64,000 nucleotides of DNA from Methanomassiliicoccaceae archaeon UBA72 (GTDB taxonomy: Archaea > Thermoplasmatota > Thermoplasmata > Methanomassiliicoccales > Methanomethylophilaceae), in the NCBI GenBank assembly GCA_002509405.1, contig DAVO01000012.1, positions 4,009-68,008 on the forward strand, given 5' to 3'. Shown one piece after another: positions 43,761-52,534 of this stretch (its first letter is position 1; each line of letters begins with the position of its first letter). Below the pieces are notes generated by a model. The model was given only the letters and a program-made list of their open reading frames with translations. It searched no databases and was not told the origin of the DNA. The translations under genes were made by a program, and so were the position numbers.

Positions 43761-45104
43761 ATGGCGGAAAGACTGACGGTCACGCAGCTCAATACCAGAG
43801 TGCGCTCCATACTGTCGGAGTCCCATGCCGTCAATGACGTTTGGGTCATCGGCGAGATATCCAACCTCAAATTCTATCAAAGCGGACACTACTATTTCAC
43901 GCTGAAAGATGAAGGCAGTCAGATAAGCTCAGTGCTTTTCAAGGGTTCCAGGGGGAGAATCGATTTCGAGCCCGCAGACAATATGAAGGTCTCGGCTTTC
44001 GGACACGTCGACCTATACGTGGCCAACGGCAAATACCAGTTCATCGTCGAGACCATGACCCCCTCGGGGATAGGCGACCTGTTCCTGGAATATGAGAAGC
44101 TCAGGAAGAAACTCGAAGCCGAGGGATTGTTCGACTCCTCGAGGAAAAGAAAGCTTCCCGTTTATCCCAAGGTCATAGGCGTGGTCACGTCGGAGAGCGG
44201 GGCGGTGATCCACGATATCGTCACAACTTCAGGGAGGCTTTTCCCAGCAGACATCCTCCTCGCGCCCGCCCAGGTCCAGGGAGAAGGTGCCGCAGAATCC
44301 ATCATCAGAGGGATAGAGGTTCTCAACAGGGAAAAAGTAGACGTTATAATAGTTGGCAGGGGAGGAGGTTCCATAGAGGACCTTTGGGCTTTCAACGAGG
44401 AAAAGGTAGCAAGGGCGATCTCTTCCTCACAGGCACCGGTGATATCCGCGGTCGGGCACGAATCCGATTTCACTATAGCCGATTTCGTCGCCGACGTCAG
44501 GGCCCCCACACCCACCGGGGCCGCAGAGCTGGCCCTCCGTGACAAACGGGAAGTGATCAGACAAGTGGATGGTTTCGGAATACGGATGGGGAGGGCGCTC
44601 TACCATATATGTGAAGCGATGCGCTACCGTCTGGAACTGGCCGATTCCAAATTAGCGGTCGGCCGTCAGTACGAAAGACTCTCTATGCTGGAGATCCGAG
44701 TGGGGCAGCTTTCCGAGAAGGCCGATGCCGCGCTCAGATCCTCGGTGCTGGGCATGAGGTCCCGTTTCAATTCGGTCGATTCCAAGATATCTCCTGCTGC
44801 GGCGCAACGTACGGTAACGTCGCTGAAAGACCGTCTTTCCTTCCTGTCGGAAAGAATGAAGCTGGCCATATTGCGGCGCCTGAAGGATGCGGGGTCTAAG
44901 ATGGACGCAATAGACCAACGGTCCTCGGCACTCAACCCGCGCAGCGTGCTGGACAGGGGATACAGCTATGTGACCGACTCCGAAGGCCATGCCCTGACGT
45001 CGGCCAGGTCGCTATCCTCGGGGTCCATGGTGTCCATTTCGTTCCGCGACGGCGGTGCCGAAGCGGAGATAAAAAAGGTGAACTACGATGAACGAAGACA
45101 TTGA
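43761..45104 (+). CDS. xseA: Exodeoxyribonuclease VII large subunit
   Basis: The N-terminus is OB-fold (VWVIGEISNLKFYQSGHYYFTLKD), followed by the catalytic region VTSESGAVIHDI...RGGGSIEDLWAFN...VISAVGHESD. Confidence 0.88.
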   Translation: MAERLTVTQLNTRVRSILSESHAVNDVWVIGEISNLKFYQSGHYYFTLKDEGSQISSVLFKGSRGRIDFEPADNMKVSAFGHVDLYVANGKYQFIVETMTPSGIGDLFLEYEKLRKKLEAEGLFDSSRKRKLPVYPKVIGVVTSESGAVIHDIVTTSGRLFPADILLAPAQVQGEGAAESIIRGIEVLNREKVDVIIVGRGGGSIEDLWAFNEEKVARAISSSQAPVISAVGHESDFTIADFVADVRAPTPTGAAELALRDKREVIRQVDGFGIRMGRALYHICEAMRYRLELADSKLAVGRQYERLSMLEIRVGQLSEKADAALRSSVLGMRSRFNSVDSKISPAAAQRTVTSLKDRLSFLSERMKLAILRRLKDAGSKMDAIDQRSSALNPRSVLDRGYSYVTDSEGHALTSARSLSSGSMVSISFRDGGAEAEIKKVNYDERRH

Positions 45105-45321
45105 GGGTATGAGTTTCGAAGAATGCATCACGGCACTCGAAGCGCTGGTGAAAGAGCTTGAAAGCGGAACTCTCGACCTGGACAAGAGCCTCGAGATATA
45201 CGAGCGCGCCACCGTCATGAGGGACCGGTGCAAAAAGATACTTGAAGAGAGCGAGCGCCGGGTCCAGAAGATCACAGAGAGCTCGGAAGGTATCAAAAGG
45301 TCAGACCTTAAGATTGAGTGA
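45088..45321 (+). CDS. xseB: Exodeoxyribonuclease VII small subunit
   Basis: FEECITALEALVKELESGTLDLDKSLEIYERA is the XseB helical hairpin. The gene overlaps the end of xseA. Confidence 0.8.
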   Translation: MNEDIEGMSFEECITALEALVKELESGTLDLDKSLEIYERATVMRDRCKKILEESERRVQKITESSEGIKRSDLKIE

Positions 45322-46167
45322 CCAAAGTCTGAAGCACTGCTTCCTGGCCCATCCGTCCGTTTGGGAGTAGAGGTCCGTGCCGTGGAAGTACAGGTCGCTG
45401 AAGGCCAGTCTCAGGGAGCCGGAGAGCTCTCCCTCGCGCAGATTCTTGCTGTTGAAGGACCCGAATATGAACTTCAGTCCTATCAGGAGCACCTCCACCG
45501 CGTCGTGGCCCCTGGCGAAGTCGATGGGGTCGTATCCTTCAGACATCTCCTCGTTCAGGCGGCGCAGGAGTTCGTTCCTGCTTACGCCCACGTTCATCGA
45601 AGCGCTGATCACCTCGTTCACAAGCTGCTTTACGTCGGTCTGAAGAGTCTTGCGGTCGATGAACCTTTCAAAGTCCAGGTTTCTGAAGGAAAGGTTGATT
45701 TTCAGTTTTTCCGAGATGTACATCAGGAGGCCGACAGGATAACACGCAGACACTATGGCATCGAAAACGGGCCCATATTTTCTTTCGAATCCCTCAAGTT
45801 CGCCGGCATCGGCATATTCGCACAGAATGTCGTCCAGGGCCGGGCTTCCGATCATCATCATCTCCAGGTCCCTGCGGTCGGTCAGGAATAAGGGCGGGGC
45901 GCGTTTCTTTCCAGTTATCCTGTCAAGGTCGGAATCCACGATGCCGACGACGGACACGAGGCCTCGTCTGCTCCAGCACTCGTCCACGGATTTTCGGACG
46001 TTGTCTTTGGAATGGCCTATGACTATCTTCACATGCTCCTTGTCGCTGAACTTGCCGTAAAGCCTGCCGTCGGTGATCCCTTCGACCACGAGCACCGTGT
46101 CCTCGACCGAAGACATCAGCATCGTTATCTCATTCGCAATGTCTGCCGGCGTCAGTGTTTCCCGCAT
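45301..46167 (-). CDS. DUF4435/Toprim (OLD-like) nuclease domain protein, AriB-like
   Basis: TVLVVEGITDGRLYGKF contains the Toprim Glu and VGIVDSDLDRI contains DxD. The size (about 270 to 288 aa) and position directly downstream of, and overlapping, an ABC ATPase also fit. Alternative starts are at 46122 and 46116. Confidence 0.65.
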   Translation of the reverse strand: MRETLTPADIANEITMLMSSVEDTVLVVEGITDGRLYGKFSDKEHVKIVIGHSKDNVRKSVDECWSRRGLVSVVGIVDSDLDRITGKKRAPPLFLTDRRDLEMMMIGSPALDDILCEYADAGELEGFERKYGPVFDAIVSACYPVGLLMYISEKLKINLSFRNLDFERFIDRKTLQTDVKQLVNEVISASMNVGVSRNELLRRLNEEMSEGYDPIDFARGHDAVEVLLIGLKFIFGSFNSKNLREGELSGSLRLAFSDLYFHGTDLYSQTDGWARKQCFRLWSLNLKV

Positions 46168-47203
46168 TGTTAGCTTTCAGCTCCCTTGCCATATCCCATT
46201 TGTCATGGATTATCTGAGGCGAATGGGTCGCTATTATGAACTGAAGGTCCCTGAGCCTTGCCAGATCCACGAGTATCCCCCCGAGCTTCTGCTGCCACTC
46301 CACATGCAGGGAGTTCTCTGGCTCGTCCAGCACCACCAGCGAACCCTGTTCCGTCTGGAAAAGCAGACGGTACATGATGACCATGATCTGTTTCTCTCCC
46401 GAGGAAAGCGAGATGAGCGGAAGCTCCTTGCCGCTGTTGAGTCTGACCGTCAGGTTGTCTTTCTCGTTTATCTCTATATTCTTTTTGATCAGAAGTTCGT
46501 TGACGATGTCCTTGAAGACGACGATCGACTCTGCCAGCTGGTAGAACTTCCTGATATAGTCGTTCAGGCCGAAAGCCAGGTCCTGGTAGTCCTTCCTCTT
46601 CTTCGTGCTCAGGTCATGGCGCTCCGGCGGGAAGCGGAGACCGGAGGGCATCTCGGGCTCCAGCCCTGCTCCCTTCATGAAATCCAATTTGGCCTTGAGG
46701 TCCTTGAAAAGTAACACGAACTCCCCGTCGGAAAGGTCAGGGCGCCGGGAATCTTCGGGCTGCAACAGGGAGCCGTTGTCCTTTGCGTATCTGATGCGGT
46801 CTCTCATCTCGGCCGCGTAGACCGATATGGCCGGGACGTAATGGCCGTCCTTCTTCCTTACTATCTGCCTCTCCGGAGAGATATATGTCACCTGGAACAT
46901 CCTGCGGAGCTCCGACTCGTCGACCGGTTGCTCGAGCTCGTTCTTCTGCACCAGTACGTTCGTGCCGTTGTGGTTCTCGACGATGAGGGTCATATCGCTG
47001 GAGAAGTTGACGTCCATCCTCTCGAAAGGCATGGACGAGAGCACATCGAACTCCCCCTTCAGGAGGGCTACTACGGCCCGCATGATGATGGATTTGCCGA
47101 ATCCGTTGCTGGAATAGATGAAGGTTACAGGTCCCTGGTTCAGACTGACGCTGCTGTCGCATTCGTCGAAGAGCCCATAAATGGTAATCGTTCTGATCTT
47201 CAT
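46130..47203 (-). CDS. SMC/ABC-type ATPase (AAA_15/AAA_21-like), AriA-like
   Basis: Walker A is SSNGFGKS, the signature motif is LSSGEKQ, Walker B is LVVLDEPENSLH and the H-loop is ATHSPQ. A TATA-like CTTAAAATATGC lies about 25 nt upstream on the minus strand. Confidence 0.7.
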   Translation of the reverse strand: MKIRTITIYGLFDECDSSVSLNQGPVTFIYSSNGFGKSIIMRAVVALLKGEFDVLSSMPFERMDVNFSSDMTLIVENHNGTNVLVQKNELEQPVDESELRRMFQVTYISPERQIVRKKDGHYVPAISVYAAEMRDRIRYAKDNGSLLQPEDSRRPDLSDGEFVLLFKDLKAKLDFMKGAGLEPEMPSGLRFPPERHDLSTKKRKDYQDLAFGLNDYIRKFYQLAESIVVFKDIVNELLIKKNIEINEKDNLTVRLNSGKELPLISLSSGEKQIMVIMYRLLFQTEQGSLVVLDEPENSLHVEWQQKLGGILVDLARLRDLQFIIATHSPQIIHDKWDMARELKANNAGNTDAGRHCE

Positions 47204-47291
47204 CGTGTCCGTATGTCCTTAAGCATATTTTAAGTACCCGTTATCCTGGCCGAGGGCTATCTTTATTTCCGTTGAACAACTCTGCGCCACG

Positions 47292-48134
47292 ATGGAATCT
47301 GAAAAAACATTCTTCGAAGTAAAAAAACTCATCTCCTCCGGCAGTATCGATGCGGCGGAAGCGATCCTCTCCGACTTGGCATCATCTTCCGGCGACCCAT
47401 TCGTCCGCATCCAGTGCGCGTCGGTGATGATGATAGTCGGAAGGAACGTATCTTCCGAAAAGGTCCTAGAAGAACTGTACGAAAACCTTCCTGAAGATTC
47501 CGGGACGCTGTTCCAGATAGCAAGAGCCATGAGGGGCCTGGGGAGGGCAGATCTGGCCGCCGAGATCCTATCGGGCTTGGAGGGGGATGACGAGGTCTTG
47601 AGAGAGTACGCCCTTGCCCTTAACCTCCTGGGACGTTACGGAGATTCCGTTTCCGCCACGGCAAAAATATCTGCCCCTTCTCTCCGGGACAAGGTCCTGA
47701 CCGCAGACGGGCTGTCAGCTTCAGGACGTTCGCAGGAAGCCATTGGGCTGACAGGAGGTCTTTTGAAAGAATATCCAGAAGTCTACGATGTACAGCGCTC
47801 ACATTGCACCGCACTGATATCGGCGGGCATGGACAAGGAGGCCGTGAAGTATGCAAGGAGCCTTCTTAAGAAAGACAAGAATTCTCCCGACGCCAACGCG
47901 GTCGCCGCATACGTAATGCATGTCGAGGGAAAGAGCCAGTCCGCAGGAGCATTCGCATCTGCGGCATTACGTTCCGACCCGTCTCACCTAGGTGCCATGG
48001 AGGTTCTCGCGCTGAGCCTGATAGAAAAGGGGAAGTTCAGGGAGGCCAGCATCGTTGCCGGCGCCATGAACGAGAAGGAGCCGGGAAATCCGGCTGCGGT
48101 AAAAATACTCAAGGAATGCGGCGGAAAGAGCTGA
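47292..48134 (+). CDS. TPR-repeat protein
   Basis: The sequence shows repeated 34-aa helical-pair periodicity rich in A, L and G (LFQIARAMRGLGRADLAAEIL..., EYALALNLLGRYGDS...). It is divergent from the ATPase gene. Confidence 0.6.
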   Translation: MESEKTFFEVKKLISSGSIDAAEAILSDLASSSGDPFVRIQCASVMMIVGRNVSSEKVLEELYENLPEDSGTLFQIARAMRGLGRADLAAEILSGLEGDDEVLREYALALNLLGRYGDSVSATAKISAPSLRDKVLTADGLSASGRSQEAIGLTGGLLKEYPEVYDVQRSHCTALISAGMDKEAVKYARSLLKKDKNSPDANAVAAYVMHVEGKSQSAGAFASAALRSDPSHLGAMEVLALSLIEKGKFREASIVAGAMNEKEPGNPAAVKILKECGGKS

Positions 48135-49709
48135 TCAGTGCCTGTATATGCGGTCCCTGATGCTGAAATCGCTTACTCTGCGGGCCCTCTTGCCCCTGTT
48201 CCTCGCGACCTCCTTCCAGAATCCGGGCATGAAGAACAGCAGCGCCGTGGCGATCTCGAGACGTCCCAGGAACATGACCACGATCATAACGGCCTTCACT
48301 ACCGGGTCCAGCGTGTACAGGGTGTCATAAGGACCGTATTCGCCTATCGAAGCTCCGGTGTTGCACACCGAAGTTACGGCCAAACCTATGGAATCGACGG
48401 GCATAACACCCATCATCATGAAGATGACCCCTGCTATGACAATTGTAATGGCGAACAGTGCCAGCGTTATGAAGGAGTTTATGACCGAAGACTCTTCCAC
48501 GCTGTCGCCGTCCATTTTGACGTCATATACGGCCAATGGATGGAGCGTCTTGTAAATGCTGTTCTTGATGTACTTTCCTATTATGACGAAGCGGTACATC
48601 TTCACTCCTCCGGCAGTGGATCCGCTCATGCCGCCTACAAAGGCCACTATCAGAAGGAGTATCGAGCAAAGCGGTACCGGCCAGATAGCAGGGTCTGTGA
48701 AATTGACAACCGCAAATCCCGTGGAAGTGCCCATGGAGACGACCGTGAACAGGGAATCTGCGACAGTCTCCATCAGATAATACAATTCCAGATTCCTGCT
48801 GGCATTTATCAGCAGCGCAGATATCAGCAAGCTTATTCCGATGTACCAGTAAATTGTCCATCTGAATTCGGTGTTTTTCGCATAGGGTTTCAGCTGTCCT
48901 TTGTAAAGGCCTTTGAAATGTATGTAGAAGTTCGTACCTCCCAGAAGCATGAAGGCTATTACGATAACTTTGACGATGTGGTCATAGTCCGCCATGCTGT
49001 TGGCGTTGTTGAGGAATCCTCCGGTCGAGACCGTCGAGAGGGTCATGCATGCCGAATCTATGGCGCTTACGCCGAATAATACCAGAATGACAGCCTGCAC
49101 GACCGTGAGGAGGACATAGATCAGCAGGAAGCTCTTCGCGGAGTCCTTCAGCCTAACAGAAAAGTTTTTTGTCCCGGAACCGGACATCTCGTTGATAGAG
49201 AATCCCTTTCCGCCTATGCCCATTATTGGTAGCATGTAAAGGAATATGAGGATTACCGACACACCTCCGATCCACTGGGTCATGGACCTCCAGAGGAAGA
49301 GGCTCTGCGGGAAGGAATCGAAGTCCCTGACCATGGTATATCCCGTGGTGGTCACTCCGCTCACGGACTCGAACAGGGAGTCTATCAGCGGCATACCGTA
49401 CAATATGAAGGGTGTGGCGCCGACGAGTATCATTATCAAAAACGCGCCGCCTATCATCAGGATCCCCGAGGTGGCCTGGAGGCCCTCATCGCCCTCTCTG
49501 AACATTATCAGAACGATGAGGCCGACCAGCACGAGTAAGAAAAGCGGTGTGAGGAAGATCTCGTAATCCTCTCCGTAGTAGACTGCCGTGGCGAAGGGTG
49601 CGGCCATCGAGATGCCCATCATCAGCATTATCATGCCCAAGGAATGGAGCACCGTATTCCTCCAGCGGGCCCCCTTGCTTATTTTTGTCTCATCCTCTAA
49701 CAACGACAA
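48135..49709 (-). CDS. trkH: TrkH/KtrB-family potassium transporter membrane subunit
   Basis: This polytopic protein has repeated selectivity-filter-like segments (SGVTTTGY, STVSTGGF, MGTSTGF, VCNTGAS). Confidence 0.88.
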   Translation of the reverse strand: MSLLEDETKISKGARWRNTVLHSLGMIMLMMGISMAAPFATAVYYGEDYEIFLTPLFLLVLVGLIVLIMFREGDEGLQATSGILMIGGAFLIMILVGATPFILYGMPLIDSLFESVSGVTTTGYTMVRDFDSFPQSLFLWRSMTQWIGGVSVILIFLYMLPIMGIGGKGFSINEMSGSGTKNFSVRLKDSAKSFLLIYVLLTVVQAVILVLFGVSAIDSACMTLSTVSTGGFLNNANSMADYDHIVKVIVIAFMLLGGTNFYIHFKGLYKGQLKPYAKNTEFRWTIYWYIGISLLISALLINASRNLELYYLMETVADSLFTVVSMGTSTGFAVVNFTDPAIWPVPLCSILLLIVAFVGGMSGSTAGGVKMYRFVIIGKYIKNSIYKTLHPLAVYDVKMDGDSVEESSVINSFITLALFAITIVIAGVIFMMMGVMPVDSIGLAVTSVCNTGASIGEYGPYDTLYTLDPVVKAVMIVVMFLGRLEIATALLFFMPGFWKEVARNRGKRARRVSDFSIRDRIYRH

Positions 49710-49712
49710 GGA

Positions 49713-51062
49713 TCACAACCCCGGCAAATTCTTTCCAAGCAGCTTTTTCACCGCAGACATTTTTGACATGTAGGCATATATCAACACCCTGTCCCCGTCC
49801 CTGAAGTTGGTGTCGTACTTAGGGTATATCACCCTGCCGTTGCGGACCACTGCGGCAAAACGGACCCCGTCCGGAATATCCAGGTCCCCGTACAAACGGT
49901 TGAAAAGGGGAGACCTCTCATCGATCTTCACGCTGAAGAAGAACTCGCTGTCGTGCTTCATCTTCAATATCGAGTCCTCATCCGATATCAGGCCCTTGGT
50001 GATCTCGTTGGCTATTATGAGGTGGTATCCAATTATCGTCTCTATTCCCGTGAAGCGGAATATATCGTTATACTCCCTTGTGAGATATCTGGAAATGACC
50101 TTCCTGGTACCGAACTTAAGGGAAGCCATGCAGGCTAGGAGGTTCTTCTCGTCCGCTTCGGTGACGCTTATTAGGACGTCCGCCCTTCCCACGTTCTCGG
50201 TCTTGAGGATGTGCGGGTCCAGAGAATCCGAGTTAACAACGATGGCATCCGTAAGGGTGCGGGCGGCCTCCCTGCAAAGGTCCTTGTCCTCTTCGATGAT
50301 CTTGACGTAGACTTTCTTGTCCATTTTGCTGAGGGCCTTGGCGACGTTCATTCCGACCACCCCAGCTCCCAGGATCACAAATTCCAGGGCCTCGTCCTCG
50401 ATGCCTATCATCTTGTTGAAGGCCTCGATCCCCTTTTCGCTGCCGATGACGGTGATCCTGTCCTCCGGGCGGACCTCGGCCGTTTCCACGTCGATAATGA
50501 CTCCGTCCCCGCGGTATATGCATACGATGTTGCACTCCTCAGGTATGTCCAGGTTCAATATCACGTTGCCCACTATGCCCTGGTCGCCGCCGACCCTGAA
50601 GGTCGCAATAGCCAGCCCCAGAGATTTGATCGTTTCGTAATCTACCACGTTCTCGAGCGTGGCCAGCTTGAATATCTTGTTCGAGCTGATGATCTCCGGA
50701 GAAATGATCATGTCCACGCCGGGGTCCCCCTCTCCGGTTGTCTTGATCAGGTAGTCCGGGTTCTTGATGGTGGCCACCGTGCGCAACGAAGGCTTGTATT
50801 TTTTGGAAACCATGCATATGAAAAGGTTCAGCCCGTCGGATGGAAGCGTAGATACGATTATGTCCGCATCGTGCTTGCCGATCGCCAGCTCCAGTATCTT
50901 GGGGTTGGTCCCGTCCTCGTGGAGAACCGAGACATTGAGCAGATTCTTCACGGTGTCGGCCTTTATCGCGTCCTTCTCGATCATCATCACGTTGTGGACG
51001 GCTGATAGGGTCTCTGCGGAAGTATATCCGACGTTTCCCGCGCCGATAATGATAATGTTCAT
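49713..51062 (-). CDS. trkA: TrkA potassium uptake protein with tandem RCK/NAD-binding domains
   Basis: MNIIIIGAGNVGY and a second ILGAGVVGMNVA Rossmann motif are each followed by an RCK_C-like segment. Confidence 0.88.
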   Translation of the reverse strand: MNIIIIGAGNVGYTSAETLSAVHNVMMIEKDAIKADTVKNLLNVSVLHEDGTNPKILELAIGKHDADIIVSTLPSDGLNLFICMVSKKYKPSLRTVATIKNPDYLIKTTGEGDPGVDMIISPEIISSNKIFKLATLENVVDYETIKSLGLAIATFRVGGDQGIVGNVILNLDIPEECNIVCIYRGDGVIIDVETAEVRPEDRITVIGSEKGIEAFNKMIGIEDEALEFVILGAGVVGMNVAKALSKMDKKVYVKIIEEDKDLCREAARTLTDAIVVNSDSLDPHILKTENVGRADVLISVTEADEKNLLACMASLKFGTRKVISRYLTREYNDIFRFTGIETIIGYHLIIANEITKGLISDEDSILKMKHDSEFFFSVKIDERSPLFNRLYGDLDIPDGVRFAAVVRNGRVIYPKYDTNFRDGDRVLIYAYMSKMSAVKKLLGKNLPGL

Positions 51063-51244
51063 CTGAGTTCCGTCCTGAGATGTTCGGTCCCGTTATATCG
51101 GTTGTGCTTGTAAGTTTCATCTGGAACTTAAGGCCGACGTCCCTTCAATCCTGATGGGGATGTAAATGCTTTTCGTATTCGCCCGGCTTCCCAAAGCGTG
51201 GAATCTCCGAGATAAGGCCGATTCCTAATATGAAACGTATCGCG

Positions 51245-51254
51245 TAATATAAAT
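51245..51254 (+). promoter_or_regulatory. TATA-like box TAATATAAAT upstream of hisD
   Basis: It is centred about 28 nt upstream of the ATG at 51278. Confidence 0.4.
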
Positions 51255-51277
51255 CACGGGACTATGATTCGGGCGCC

Positions 51278-52534
51278 ATGTGGAAGCAAGTAAGCGAGGA
51301 TTTCTGGAAGGAGAACCGCGCGTCCAAGGTCGGAGACGTCTCGGATGCCGTGAGCGGCATCATCGGCGAGGTGCGTGCCGGCGGTGACAAGGCGCTGTTC
51401 GAGCTTACCAAGAGATTCGACAGACAGGAACTCGGGCGTCTGGAGGTAACACGCGAAGAGATCGAAGACGCATACGATTCCGTAGACCAAGAGATAGTCG
51501 AAGAGCTGGAGAACGCGGCATACAACATCGAGCGCTTCCATGAGATGCAGGTCCCTCCAGATATGTGGCTCAGGGAGGTGGAGCCCGGCATTACGTTGGG
51601 TGTCAAGAGCACACCTCTTGAAAGGGTCGGATGCTATGTCCCGGGGGGGAGAGCGTCATATCCCAGCACAGCTCTGATGTGCATCATCCCGGCGAGGGTC
51701 GCGGGCGTAGGCGAGATTATCTGCTGTACTCCCGCCCCGGTGAACCCGGCGACGCTGGTAGCGATGGACATCGCGGGAGCGGACGAGATATTCAAGCTGG
51801 GCGGCGCGCAGGCCGTGGCGGCGATGGCGCTTGGTACCGGCAGCGTCCCAAAGGTCCAGAAGATAGTCGGCCCCGGAAACGTGTATGTCACGGCAGCAAA
51901 GATGATGCTCCGCAACGAGGTGGAGATAGACTTCCCGGCAGGACCCAGCGAGATAGGGGTGCTTGCCGATTCGGGCGCGGTATGTGAATATCTGGCTGCG
52001 GACCTCATAGCTCAGGCGGAGCACGACCCGTCATCGGCAAGCCTGCTGATAACGGACGACCCGGAGCTTCCCGGCCTCGTTTGGGAGGCTATGGAGCAAA
52101 TGATCGACGACCAGCCCAGGAAGAGCATCATACTGAAGGCCCTGGAGAACTCAGGTTACATCGTTGCAGAGGATATGGACGAGGCGGTCGAGATGATGAA
52201 CCGCATCGCCCCGGAGCACCTGTCCATACAGACCTCCGACCCGATGGCAACCCTTTCGAAGGTCAGGAACGCAGGTTCGATATTCGTAGGCCCCTATACC
52301 CCGGTTGCCGCAGGCGACTATGCGTCGGGGACCAACCACGTGCTTCCCACGGCCGGGAATTCATCAACGGCTTCCGGCCTGAACGTGGCACACTTCCGTA
52401 AGACGTCCACCGTGCAGTTGCTCACCTGCGAGGGCCTGGAGGCCCTTGCGCCGACCATAGAGACTTTGTCCACATCGGAAGGCCTTCACGCCCACTGCGA
52501 TTCGGTGAGGGTCCGCTTCGACGATGCGGAGTGA
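51278..52534 (+). CDS. hisD: Histidinol dehydrogenase
   Basis: VGCYVPGGRASYPSTALM...GPGNVYVTAAK...AQAEHD...AGDYASGTNHVLPT shows the HisD motifs. Confidence 0.92.
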   Translation: MWKQVSEDFWKENRASKVGDVSDAVSGIIGEVRAGGDKALFELTKRFDRQELGRLEVTREEIEDAYDSVDQEIVEELENAAYNIERFHEMQVPPDMWLREVEPGITLGVKSTPLERVGCYVPGGRASYPSTALMCIIPARVAGVGEIICCTPAPVNPATLVAMDIAGADEIFKLGGAQAVAAMALGTGSVPKVQKIVGPGNVYVTAAKMMLRNEVEIDFPAGPSEIGVLADSGAVCEYLAADLIAQAEHDPSSASLLITDDPELPGLVWEAMEQMIDDQPRKSIILKALENSGYIVAEDMDEAVEMMNRIAPEHLSIQTSDPMATLSKVRNAGSIFVGPYTPVAAGDYASGTNHVLPTAGNSSTASGLNVAHFRKTSTVQLLTCEGLEALAPTIETLSTSEGLHAHCDSVRVRFDDAE

